Notes under the pieces: generated by a model | Database searches by the model: none | What the model was told of the DNA's origin: nothing | Seen by the model: the letters and a program-made list of their open reading frames with translations, nothing else | DNA from: Mytilus californianus | Lineage: Eukaryota | Reading direction: 5' to 3' | NCBI RefSeq assembly: GCF_021869535.1 | Contig: NW_026262582.1 | Span: forward strand, 52,390,001 to 52,454,000 | DNA length: 64,000 bases | In this document: in pieces, positions 49,550 through 61,262 of the stretch | How the letters are laid out: each line of letters starts with the position of its first letter | How positions within the stretch are numbered: position 1 is the stretch's first letter | Made by a program: the position numbers and the translations under genes

Positions 49550-50285
49550 ATAGAGAATGGAAACGGGGAATGTGTCAATGAGACAACGACCCGACCAAAG
49601 AGCAGAAAACAGCCCAAGGCCAATCACCAATGGGTCTTGCAGCGAATAAAACACGCATCCGGAGGCGGGCTTCAGCTGGCCCCTTAACAATGGTGTATAA
49701 TAGTTCAGCGAAATGGACGCCACACTAAATTCCGAAACATATATATGAAGTAAAAAAAACAACACAGAAGACTGACAAAGCTAGAGGTTCCTGACTTGGG
49801 ACAGGCGCAAAGATGCGGCGGGGTTTAACATGTTTTGTGAGGTCGCAACCCTCCCCCTATACCTCTAGTCAATGTGGATTAAAATTAAAAAAAAACACAA
49901 CACAAAGCAAAACGCACAGTAAAATTCAGTTTAAAAAGAAGTCCGAGTCTTGATGTTAGAATAGGTAACAGAATACACTAAGCAAAATGACAACGATAAA
50001 CAAAGGACTACTAGCAGTTACTGACATGCCAGCTCCAGACTTCAATTAAACTAATTGAAAGATTATTTCTTCGTCATATGAAAATCAACCACAATCCCTC
50101 CCGTTATGTGTTTAGTATCATGCCATCATAAATTATACGAGAAGAACAAGAAAAGAACCGATGTAAAGACCCTATAAGTGAATCAAGACAATATTGATTC
50201 CAAAAAATGTCATCTTTAATGACTTGACAACAGTATTGTAACTATATCCCTTGTGAATAAGTCTGTTTCAAGGTTTGGTAAGCTC
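49550..50285 (-). mobile_element. Penelope-like family A 3' fragment, copy 3, degenerate SECIS-like at 50074-50140
   Basis: Colinear with the other two copies but more diverged. Confidence 0.7.
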
Positions 50286-50439
50286 GGTGAGCCTCGCTTT
50301 TCGTCCTGTTTCTAAAGCTCGTATACAAATAAATTTTATATTTTGCGACAATGTACATATATTGTATGATACATAAAAGTTAAAAGCATAAGTTTCAGTT
50401 ATATTTTTGGAAATAAATATACTGCCGAAATTTACCCAC

Positions 50440-51470
50440 AGCAACTTACTTTAAATAAATCAAATATTAACAGCAATAAGTGTCCTTTCCTAGATTTAGA
50501 TTTTCAGTTTTACACCAGAAACTCTACACAAAAATTTACGACAAAAGGGATGATTTTCTTTCCCTATTGTTAATTTTCTTTTTTGGACAGTGATGTTCCT
50601 CTGGCACCATCTTACGGTGTTTATATATCCCAACTCGTTCGTTATGATCGTGTCTGTAGTGACGTTTTGGATTTCAATGAACGTAATTAATGTATTACTG
50701 GTAGATTATTAAGTCAGGGATTTCGTTACCACAAATTACTTAAAACCTTTACTAAATTCTTCCATAGATACAAAGATTTGGTTTGCAAGTTTGGCTGTAC
50801 CTGTAAAAAACTTATTTCAGACGGAATAGCACATCCTAAATTTTACGGTGATGTTGTTTACCGGGCCCGGACATTTATATACGATCCGGGCAAACTTATC
50901 AATCCTTTAAATAAACTTATTCTAAAAGGTTACCAATTCAACACTGTAATTAGACCTTTGAATATTGTTTTTTATTGATTTTGTTATCAATAAATTAAAA
51001 TCATACTAATAGTTTTGTTATACACATATGCACTTTAACGGTACTACAATCTGTCGATCCTTTATTTTGGCAGTGCACAAGGTCATGGTTTTCTATGACT
51101 GTTAATGACGTCTTTACACTAAATCCATTGGATGTTGGATGTGTACTGATTGATATTTTAGTCTTAGATACATGAATTTTTTTTATTAGTTATTATTTGC
51201 TTTGAACTAGCTGTCAGTAACTGAAAATACTCTCAGACCTGTACTTAGTGTTCTTTTTGTTGTGAGGGATGAGGGATGGATTATACCTTGCCACGTCCGG
51301 TCTGTATTTATGTTTGATGTTTTTCTGCTTTGTATCGATCTGATGAGTTCAGCCTTTTTCAACTGATTTTTATATTTTGTTCTATGTTGTGCTGTTGCAC
51401 CACTGTCCCAGTTTATGGGAGGGTTGAGCGCTCACAAACATGCCTAACCACGCCACATTCTTTATATGTC
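50440..51470 (+). mobile_element. Penelope-like family B fragment: decayed RT C-terminal half and 3' UTR
   Basis: CPFLDL, KIYDKRDDF, YGVYISQLVRY, GFRYHKL motifs. The ORF ends at 50978 with no downstream GIY-YIG domain. Confidence 0.85.
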
Positions 51471-51744
51471 CCAAGTCAGGAGGCTGTAGTTCAGTGGTTG
51501 TCATTGGTTCATGTCTGTCATATTTGTTTTGCGTTAATTGTTTTGTTATAAATTAGGCCGTTAGTTTTCTCTATTGAATTGTTTCATATTTTTCATGTCG
51601 GGGCCTTTTATAGCCGACTATACGGTATGGGTTTTCTCATTGTGCAAGGCCGTACGGTTGCCTATATTTGCTTACATCCACTTTATTTGAATTTTGGTGG
51701 ATAGTTGTCTCATTGGCAATCATACCTCATCTCCTTATTTTTAT

Positions 51745-52250
51745 AATGATAAATTTTAGTAAAAGTTTTGACAAGTTTGGGATATCGAAAACCCTTGTGT
51801 AATTATTTTTCAGTAATACAGAGATTTCTTTTGTTAAAATCAAATACGTTGTTACATACACGAGCGAATCGAACACGTTGAGATATACAAACACCATACT
51901 AGGGTGCCAAGGGAATGTCACCATCGAAAAACGAATAATTAACAATAGGAAATGAAAAATCATCTCTTTTATCGTAAATTATTAAGCTTCCCGTTATATA
52001 GAGATATATATCAAGATCCATGCAGGAAAAGGCAGTGTTCATTGTTAGTATATGCTTTATTTAAAGTATAAGTTCAACTGGATAAATCTTTTTATAGTAC
52101 ATACTGAAGTCGTCATTATTGAGAGCTAAAATTTCGTCCAAATATCTAAAAGTATTATTAAATTTTTGTATCAGTATTGTTTGTTGACTTAGTTCTAATG
52201 ATCTCTTAGGAACATTAGTACATGCATTTATTTTTGGCATTGCACTAGTC
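51745..52250 (-). pseudogene. Penelope-like RT fragment (FRYLDEI...DGDIPLAP*YGVCISQ...GFRYPKL)
   Basis: Catalytic FRYxDD region is mutated to FRYLDE, with stops. Abuts a plus-strand PLE 3' UTR. Confidence 0.8.
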
Positions 52251-52269
52251 ATGTCTTCTTTGACTGTCC

Positions 52270-52312
52270 ATGACGTTAAAATACTAAATCCCTGGGATGT
52301 GTTTTAGTTGAT
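52270..52312 (+). promoter_or_regulatory. SECIS-like element (family B)
   Basis: ATGAC-GTTAAAATAC-T-AAA-TCCCTGGGA-T-GTGTTTTAGT-TGAT. All 10 helix II positions pair (with G.U). Lower helices GACT/AGTC and TCATG/CATGA. Confidence 0.75.
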
Positions 52313-52544
52313 TTTAGTCTCTGATGCATGATTTTTTATTATTAATTGTTTTGGCTTTTAACTAGCTGTCAGTAACTGCGAGTACTCTCAAATCGTACTT
52401 TCTTGTTTATTTGACCTGTTGATACTAATTGTATTGCTTTTTTGTTATTTAATGTTATTCAGGGTTATATCTGGTCTATATACCAGCTTTGATAAGTGTT
52501 TGGTATAACTATAAATTTTCACTTCGTACTATGAACATCATAAT

Positions 52545-53060
52545 TATTTTTCTTTAATTGTTTAACATTTCTTACCGATATAACATGTTACTTTTATTAT
52601 TCTTCCCTTAGTTTATTTATTTTGTATTCAAAATTATTTATTTAGTAAAAATATTTCCTTTCTCTATTGGTAGTGTACACGTATACCTAACAACAAAATT
52701 ATTTTCATTTACCTGTGTTTAAAGTTATTGCAAATGGATGGTATTTTTGTTCCAGCATATTGTTTTTCTTTAATTGTTTAGCATTTCTTACCGATATAAC
52801 ATGTTACTTTTATTATTCTTCCCTTAGTTTATTTATTTTGTATTCAAAATTATTTATTTAGTAAAAATATTTCCTTTCTCTATTGGTACTGTACAGGTAT
52901 ACCTAACAACAAAATTATTTTCATTTACCTGTGTTTAAAGTTATTGCAAATGGATGGTATTTTTGTTCGAGCATATTGTTTTTCTTTAATTGTTTAACAT
53001 TTCTTACCGATATAACATGTTACTTTTATTATTCTTCCCTTAGTTTATTTATTTTGTATT
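52545..53060. repeat. Tandem duplication, ~216-bp unit, ~2.3 copies
   Basis: CATTTCTTACCGATATAACATG recurs at ~52566, ~52782 and ~52998. Confidence 0.85.
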
Positions 53061-53079
53061 TACATTGTGTCATAGGTCA

Positions 53080-53540
53080 AATTTATTTGTTCAGTGTATG
53101 TTCAATGGTGTTAATATGTCCTTTGATTGAGTTAAGCTATTTCAGTTGATATGTTATAGTGTGTCTTTCTATGTTGTGATGTTACACTATCGTTTCAGAA
53201 AAAGGGTGAAGGTTTGGTACCATTAAAACGTTTAAACCCGCTGCATTTGTTTGCACCTGTCCTAAATCAGGAATCTGATGTTCAGTAGTTGTCGTTTGTT
53301 GATGTGGTTCATAAGTGTTTCTCGTTTCTCGTTTTTTATATAGATTAGACCGTTGGTTTTCCCGTTTGAATGGTTTTACACTAGTAATTTTTTGGGGCCC
53401 TTTATAGCTTACTGTTCGGTGTGAGCCAAGGCTCCGTGTTGAAGACCGTACTGTGACCTTTAATGGTTTACTTTTATAAATTTTGACTTGGATGGAGAGT
53501 TGTCTCATTGGCACTCATACCACATCTTCTTATATCTATA
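53080..53540 (+). repeat. Abundant retroelement-tail repeat, second copy at ~60240-60710
   Basis: Two colinear copies ending TTGTCTCATTGGCA(C/T)TCATACCACATCTTCTTATATCT. Confidence 0.75.
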
Positions 53541-54752
53541 TAGTACATTTTGTATATACGTATGTTTTATATAGTGATAGTAGCAAGACATTCTTGACAA
53601 AGTCATACTTATAAGTAATGTTTTGAAATTGTTTTTTTATTTGGACAAAGAGAGAGATTGATGGGCTTATCTCGCCACTTTAACAAAAAAGAATTTGTAG
53701 AAGAAAAAGATATACATTCTGTATACATATGTGCCTGTCCCAAGTCAGGAGGCTGTACTTCAGTGGTTGTCGTTTGTTGCTGTATGTCATATTTGTTTTT
53801 CGTTCATTGATTTGCATAAATCAGGCCGTTAGTTTTTTCGATCGAATTGTTTTACATTTGTCATTTCGGGGCCTTTTATTGCTGACTATGCGGTATGGGT
53901 TTTGCTCATTGTTGAAGGCCGTATGGTGATCTAAAGTTGTAAACGACTCTGACGTCTGACTGACCACGGCCCCAGCAATTTAAAAAAGGTCGTCAGAGCA
54001 ATCTCGGACTTAAATTATCATTTGTTGCCGTTTGTAAATTTTCAAGACTTACTATTGCGTCACCCATACAACAAAACGTAGTCTTCTAATATTATAATGG
54101 ACAAAAGCAATTTTCTGTTTAAGTAGGGTTCATGTCAATCTTAGGTTTTTGTGTATTTTTTTTGGCATGATGTTGTGGCTATCTATTCTTTCTTCGACAG
54201 ATGACATTTTTAGTTGTCCCTTTTGTATCAGCATTCAATGGGGATCGTTTGTAACGGGTCTCCAAAACACCTTTCCAGTAAAGTTTCAAAACAATTCGCC
54301 ATGTTATTTCAGAGATGAAGATTTAAATATGAAAGTTTGCGGATGACGGACTCATACAAGTGCGGACAATATAGCTCACATTAGATTGTTCCTACATATA
54401 TATATATTTTTTTACTGTATAATACACAAAAAGGATAACAGAAATTCCTAAAAGTATTGGACAATACATAAAGGCCACACTAACAACAAACAACCGACTC
54501 TTTCGAGGAAAAAAGATGTACAAACAAAGACAAACAAAAAACCAAGAACACATGTTAATTCCAGCTAAACCTGACTTGGTAAGGGCACAACATATGGTAG
54601 GGTTAAACAGTTTTACGTGTAAAGTAAAATGTATCCCTTTGCATAATCCATATATTCCACAAATCAATCTCTTTAAAGTCAGATCTTTTGCTCCGTTATA
54701 GATTTGTTTGTCCTCGTTCCTCAAAAATCGGAAGAGGTAGTAGGTGATAACT

Positions 54753-55065
54753 GAGGGTCGTAAAGGGGGTACCTTCATGACGAATAACGGTAAAAAATCT
54801 TGCCAAATGACGTTAACGGTAATTTTTTGGTGCATGACGATAAAATGTACATTTTCTTCATGACGATAAAAAAAATCGACTGATTTTGACGAATCACGTT
54901 AAATTATTTCCGAAAATAACGGTAACGGTTAATTTTTTGAGACCTCTGACGAATCCTGATAAGGATACTTTGACGAATCACGATAAAACTTTAACCAACT
55001 TTTGACGCTAACGGTAGCCGAAAATGACCGTTTAACGCCTGACGGTAAAGGGCATTCCTACCCTC
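54753..55065. mobile_element. GAGGGT...ACCCTC MITE with perfect 6-bp TSD ATAACT and a TGACG/TAACGG motif array
   Basis: ATAACT at 54747-54752 and 55066-55071. Nine TGACG and five TAACGG counted by eye. Confidence 0.75.
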
Positions 55066-57063
55066 ATAACTAAGCATATGAATAATAAAATGTGCTTGTG
55101 AACAGAGAAATTGTCTCAAATATGAGGGAGATAACACGCTTTTTGGATGTTGGATACAGGGGGTAAACAAATGGGGATGTAGGATACAGGGTGTAAAAAC
55201 GAGGGATGTGGGATATAGGCAGTGATCGCCAAGAAGTTAGATATTTTATGTGCAAACGAACAGACATACCGATCACTGTACAATCCACGTTTTAAGCTGA
55301 GTTATTTTATAGATGCCACAACAATTACAGACCTTTAGTCAATTTATGACTGTTTTAACAAACACAGAATATTCTTGTATGACTCATTTTTCCCCAATCT
55401 TAGACATACAAGGGGAGATAACTCAGATACTTTAATCTTATTGAGGAATGTACAGTAAAACAAATTAATTTGTATTGTAGCAAGAAAACCAATACAGATT
55501 TTATTTTATTTTCTGTAACCACATTATAAGAACTATCTTCTCATATCTAATTTTAAAATCCTATCCTTAAGTTTTCTTTCTTTTCTGACAAAAAGTGGGT
55601 TTTCAATGTATAATACTTACAAAATCTGACAATTTTGCATAACCTCTATCTTGAAAAAATTGATCTGTGATCCATACCATTTATTATATTTTTGAAAAAA
55701 GATATCGTTACACCGCAGTTTACCTTAACATTTTGGTAAACCTTTTATACTTATACAATTCAACTTGTAAATAAAAAAAGGAAGACGAATCGCCATTGAA
55801 AAAAAAATCAAATATATATCAACATTTAACCAAATTCCGTGACCACAACTTGGAAATCGAAATGTGTCGATACAAGAGAATTACAAGTGAAAAAAGCGTT
55901 TGTATATCTTTGTGAAACATTAGTTAAAAACCGAATAACGATATTTTGTCTAATGGTGTTGGCTATAAAACATGTATAAAGCAGTCCATGGAGTTGCGAA
56001 AAGTGTTGTCCACATTGGTTTAAATATAATTATTAACTTAACATGCATACCTGAAATTGATTCATGCTTTGTTTGTTCCTTGTTGTATAGTTAATGTATT
56101 ATCAAGACCTTTTGCAGATATATTTTTAATCGGAAATATAAGCATTTTCAAATTTCTTAAAAAATCGACACTTAAATTGACTCGATGGATGAGGAATTAA
56201 ATTTTCTCCACTGTAAAAGAAAAGAAATAGATATCTAAGGGACATTTAAACTCATAAGTCGAAAATAAACCGAAAACACCATGGCAAAACAAAAATAAAG
56301 AAAAAGACCAAAGGAAAAACAACAGTATACAAAACACAACATAGAAAACTAATGACTGAGCAACACGAACCCCACCAATAACCGGGTGTCATCTCAGGTG
56401 CTCCGGAAAGGTAAGCAGATCCCGATCCACATGTAAAGTATGCTCAAAATATTATTTTCAGAGTTGCAGATTTATATGTGTATTGGATAAATTGAATAAA
56501 ATATAAATAGCTATCTCAATAGTAAATATATGCAAAACGAATGCATTTCAACAGCAAAACTGATTTTAATAGATTTTTACAGATTTTTTTCAATATCTAC
56601 TGTACGTTATTACCAAAATCCGATCTAATATTATATTTTTAAAATGAAAATAAAATAAAATTACAAACGTTAGGTAGGATTGTATCAAGAGTATTATTTC
56701 TTAAAAATCATACAATTTTGATTATTTCTTTGGTTCAGAAATCAGATCTATATTAGACTTACACAATGATAATAACTATACAAAAAATACCCATATTGAT
56801 TTTGTAATTTTATTTTATCCGTGCAACTGTAGAACTGGCCGTTCAATTTTGGTTATTTATATCTTGAAAAAATATCATGATATTTTTGGGGAATTTGATA
56901 TTTTTGGCATAATCTTTAAGGAGTTTCATTTGCAACAGTGTGTATCTTGCTGGATAAATGTGTATTATATGCTAAATAAATAAATCGTTGTAATTTTATC
57001 CGTGAAGTATCATGAAAACGAAGAAGAAAATAGTTGCTCTTTCATAATGCTACTAATGGGTAT

Positions 57064-57090
57064 ATTCCGGAATTATCGGTAACCGATAAT
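57064..57090. promoter_or_regulatory. ITFG2 proximal promoter: ETS-like TTCCGGAA and palindrome ATTATCGGT-A-ACCGATAAT
   Basis: Lies 25-50 nt upstream of the ATG. Confidence 0.45.
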
Positions 57091-57113
57091 GTACAGATTT
57101 TATACACGCCTTA

Positions 57114-57212
57114 ATGTGGAGAACAGTTTCGTTCGTTGAGCGCATTGAAGTAGATTTTGTTGGAAATTTATTCAATCAAGCAATTCTGTTAGGAGATGTA
57201 GACAACGATCAG
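57114..57212 (+). CDS. ITFG2: ITFG2 (KICSTOR subunit) exon 1: MWRTVSFVERIEVDFVGNLFNQAILLGDVDNDQ
   Basis: Aligns by eye with the ITFG2 N-terminus [31 protein letters not shown]. Donor GTACAA. Confidence 0.9.
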
Positions 57213-58454
57213 GTACAAGACAAGGTGTACAATAATGATTACCAAACAAAAAACGAAGAGTTTTGCAGCAAGAACAAGATTTAAATGAATACCGAAAAGA
57301 ACATTTAAACTGCAACGTCCCAGTTTTTAACCTTATGATTCTATTATCCCCACTTTTCACAGGGAATTTTCTTCAGCACACAATGTTATTTTTTCCCCTT
57401 GAGTAGTAGATAATTAGCCAGCCGTAAGCCATTGAGCTAGGGAAGCACTTCAAATCAGTCTGTTAGTGCACTGATTTGAAGCACAGAGGTCCTGGAGGAG
57501 ATTTTGCTATGATAATCATGGTCTCTGTTTACATTTGGTGCTCAATTAGAAATCCATGGTGGTTAGAGAGGATGTATAACCAGGGTATGTGTTGTCAGAG
57601 TCATTGTATGATAACTCGTGAGGTGGGGGAAGTGTAAAGGGATTGCTTCCCTTGAGTGGTAGATACTTTGAGCCAGCTGTAAGTGATTGATCATTGAGCT
57701 AGGAAAGTACTTATTTAGCACAGTCCACAGGAGTTTGAAATCCTAGCAATAAAGGTGTATAAATATGCCAAACTCGACTATCACAGTAGAGCTTCTCTCT
57801 TCTCTCAAGAGAAGCTCTACTGTGATAGTCGAGTGCTTGCATGCGTATTTAGCATCAACAGTCTCAAGTTTCAAAGAGTTTTATTTCTAGGTAAAAAATG
57901 TGATTTTTACATGTTCTAGGGTCAATCTGTGTCAAACAGTTTACAAGGGTTAATTTTCATGTTTTTTCTTAAAATTGATCTATTTGGATACATATAGTTC
58001 ATGTAGTTTTTACTTTAATGGTCAATTAAATTTATGTGAGGAAATATATGAGGGTCTAGATGGGGTTTACAGAATAGAGAATTATGGGGAGAAATAAAAT
58101 GAAGAGAGAATATGGTTGAAAAGAAATTATAAATAAAGAATAGAAAATAATTGGGTGCTAAAAAGTATACAATTGGTTTAGAGAATAATGGGAAACAAAT
58201 ATTGAATATAGAAAAATGATAAAAAAATTTAAAAAAGAATATAGAATAATAGGAAAATAAATATAGTTTAGAAAAGGGTCTGAACAATGAAAAATACAAA
58301 ATTAAATTCAAATGTTTATCTTTAATAATGGTCAAATTAGCCAAAAAAATTACACTTTACAGTAGAATTTTTCTCAAATATATATGCATGATATCATAAA
58401 CAAACCTTAGAAGAATTAATTTATGAAAATAAAATATTTTATGTTTCAATGTAG

Positions 58455-58550
58455 GCAAATGAACTTATAGTTGGAAACACAGAAGGAGATCTTCATATCT
58501 TCAGAGGAACATACTCATCACCATGGAAGAAATGTTCAGATCTAGGCATG
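58455..58550 (+). CDS. ITFG2: ITFG2 exon 2: ANELIVGNTEGDLHIFRGTYSSPWKKCSDLGM
   Basis: Matches NELVVGDTSG...PW...GM. GTAAG donor. Confidence 0.92.
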
Positions 58551-59719
58551 GTAAGAATACACCAAGTAGATTGATTGATAACAATTCAACACCACACCAT
58601 ACAGCACACAATGGCAATATTATAATGGCATTTGCAAAGCATATTGTTGAAACATTTACTATCATAATAAAAGCAAAATACAAAGTTCTACCTGAGAATT
58701 TAGTATTGTAAGCATACAATTTTTCTCATTGCGGTATTTTGGCTTATTTCATGATTAATAAATATTTGACTTAATAGTTCACATGTGAAATGTTGTCATT
58801 TATCTATGATATGTATATAAATAAAGACAACATAGTTCTGAAAATTTTAAATGTGCAAATTTAAACCCATGCTAAATGTTTGCTCATGAAATCTTGTAAA
58901 CTAATCTTCCATGTCTACAGTATGCAGGTTGAGCTTTTACATTTTTTTTTATACTCATTCAACTACAATATACATTTTTACATGATATAAATGTTTTACA
59001 TATATATCATGTAAAAATGTATACTTTAGTTGCATTAAGAAATGTGGAATGAGTATAAAAAAAATGAGTGACAAGCAAATCAAACACACAAACACATAAA
59101 ACATGAAAAAGCTGAAGTAAGCAGCATGTTTTGTAGACTCTGTTTAACACCTTTCTGTTAAATAACCAAAAGGTGTCAATGTAAGGTCTTCAGTGAAGCA
59201 AAAACCCTTACTTTAAAGGTACCTAAATGATTATGCCACCTCTAATGAATAAATCTTAATCCTCCAATAAAATTATTTATGCTTTCCTATCAGCATATAT
59301 ACAGATTAAATGTAAGTAAGAGATATTCAACATTTCATTGCTCATTACAGTAAGGGATACATGATCAGAGTTAGCATGGTACATATAGTAAAGACAATAT
59401 TATGTTATTAGCCAAGGGGGAGGGCCCAGAGGGGTATTCTTCAGTGTGATGGCATCCTGACAATGTTATAAAGTATATACCATATGTCAAGCTAAGAATC
59501 ATCACTTGAGTAGACAAGTGGACAAATTTTACAGATAGTAGATACTAACAAAAATCTGTCATCAACATGAAATTTTTTAAAGGACAAAAACAGTACAATC
59601 TAAGATATAAAAGACAGACACAATTTTTATAGCAATATGTTGAAAATTTACAGCAGATCACAATGAAACATCTAACAACATCACCACATTTGTTATGACA
59701 TGTTTTTTATTTCTTTCAG

Positions 59720-59761
59720 TTAACCTGTATTGGTATTGGTGATGTTTGCAACAAAGGAAAG
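59720..59761 (+). CDS. ITFG2: ITFG2 exon 3: LTCIGIGDVCNKGK
   Basis: Near-identical to LTCVGVGDVCNKGK. Confidence 0.95.
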
Positions 59762-61262
59762 GTTAGTACAAATGTATACAATTAACCAAATTATGAATTA
59801 TGATTTTTTTAACACTTGCCAAAATTATGCTGTCATACTATGCATCAAGATTTTTCTGAAAAGCTATTCTGTTTGTAACTTCTTTTGATTTCTTTTTAAT
59901 ACCATATAAACTGGTGATTTTAAATCTACAGAAAAGACATAGTAAAGATTTGTTGTCTAAGGGCCCATGCTGATTGTCTGTTTATGTGCGTTTAAGGGGC
60001 CATGTAAAGTTGGAATGGTGATCACAAATCTGATTAATTCCCCCTTCTTTTGGAGGAGATTTAGAATGACCCATTATAAGGCAAAATGTTTGTACCTATC
60101 CAACATGCTCTTTTTTTCCAATGGCAGTCCAAATCTTTGAACCTTTATTCTTCCTGTTCAACTTTACAGGGCCTACCTAATTGATAAATTGTTTTATGCG
60201 TTCTTATTGTGTTCTTGTGTTCTTACGTTGTGTCATAGATCAAATTTATTCGTTCGGTGTATGTCCACTTGTTTTTGTTGGTGTGTCTTTTGATTGAGTT
60301 AAGCCATTTCAACTGATATTTTATAGTGTGTCTTTCTATGTTGTGATGTTACACTATTGTTTCAGGTTAGGGTAAAGATTGGCACCTATTAAAACGTTTA
60401 AACCCTCTGCATTTGTTTGTACCTGTCCTAAGTCAGGAACCTGATGTTCAGTGGTTGTCGTTTGTTGATGTGGTTCATAAGTGTTTCTTGTTTCTCGTTT
60501 TTTATATAGATTAGACCGTTGGTTTTCCTGTTTGAATGGTTTTACACTAGTAATTTTTGGGGCCCTTTAAAGGTTGCTGTTCGGTGTGAGCCAAGGCCAA
60601 GGCTCCGTGTTGAAGGCTGTACTTTGACCTATAATGGTTTACTTTTACAAATTATGACTTGGATGGAGAGTTGTCTCATTGGCATTCATACCACATCTTC
60701 TTATATCTAATTATCCAGAATTTGCATAAAAGAATCAGCAAACTTCAATTGATGGTACAGTACACACAAGGTGAATTAATGAAAGATCACTTTTGCTGGT
60801 GTTGAGTGAATTGGGAGTGCGTAGATTATTTAAATTGAGTACCAATTGATTTATGGCACTGCCACATAATAGCTATTGAGTATGTCCTGTACATCTTGAA
60901 AGTTTCCAATGTGAGTCTAATCTTTCCTAATTTTGCCACATGCATTTTAGATAAAGATTTCCCCTACACACATATTTCACAGTCCATTTTAATGATTTGT
61001 ACTGGAAAGTGAAACAAGAACTTTAAACACAAGGAAGATTTCACTGCCCATTCTAAGGCTAAAACAGCGAACTTAACTAGTGAGAATCACCTACTGTCAC
61101 CATCATTTACTGTGATCACCATCTAGTTTAATTTTGACTTCACCTGTGTGTACTGTATGTGTATGTTAATTTGCCCTACTTCCACAGGTCCATTTCTAAT
61201 ACTGTACAATCAAATCAAACAATGATTGATCTCCAGTTGTAAAACTTTTCTTATATTTCCAG

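Noticed and set aside
51343-51370. CTGATGAG, a possible hammerhead ribozyme core
   Set aside because: The stem GTT...AAC is followed by TGAT, not the required GAAA, and no stem III/UH site is evident.
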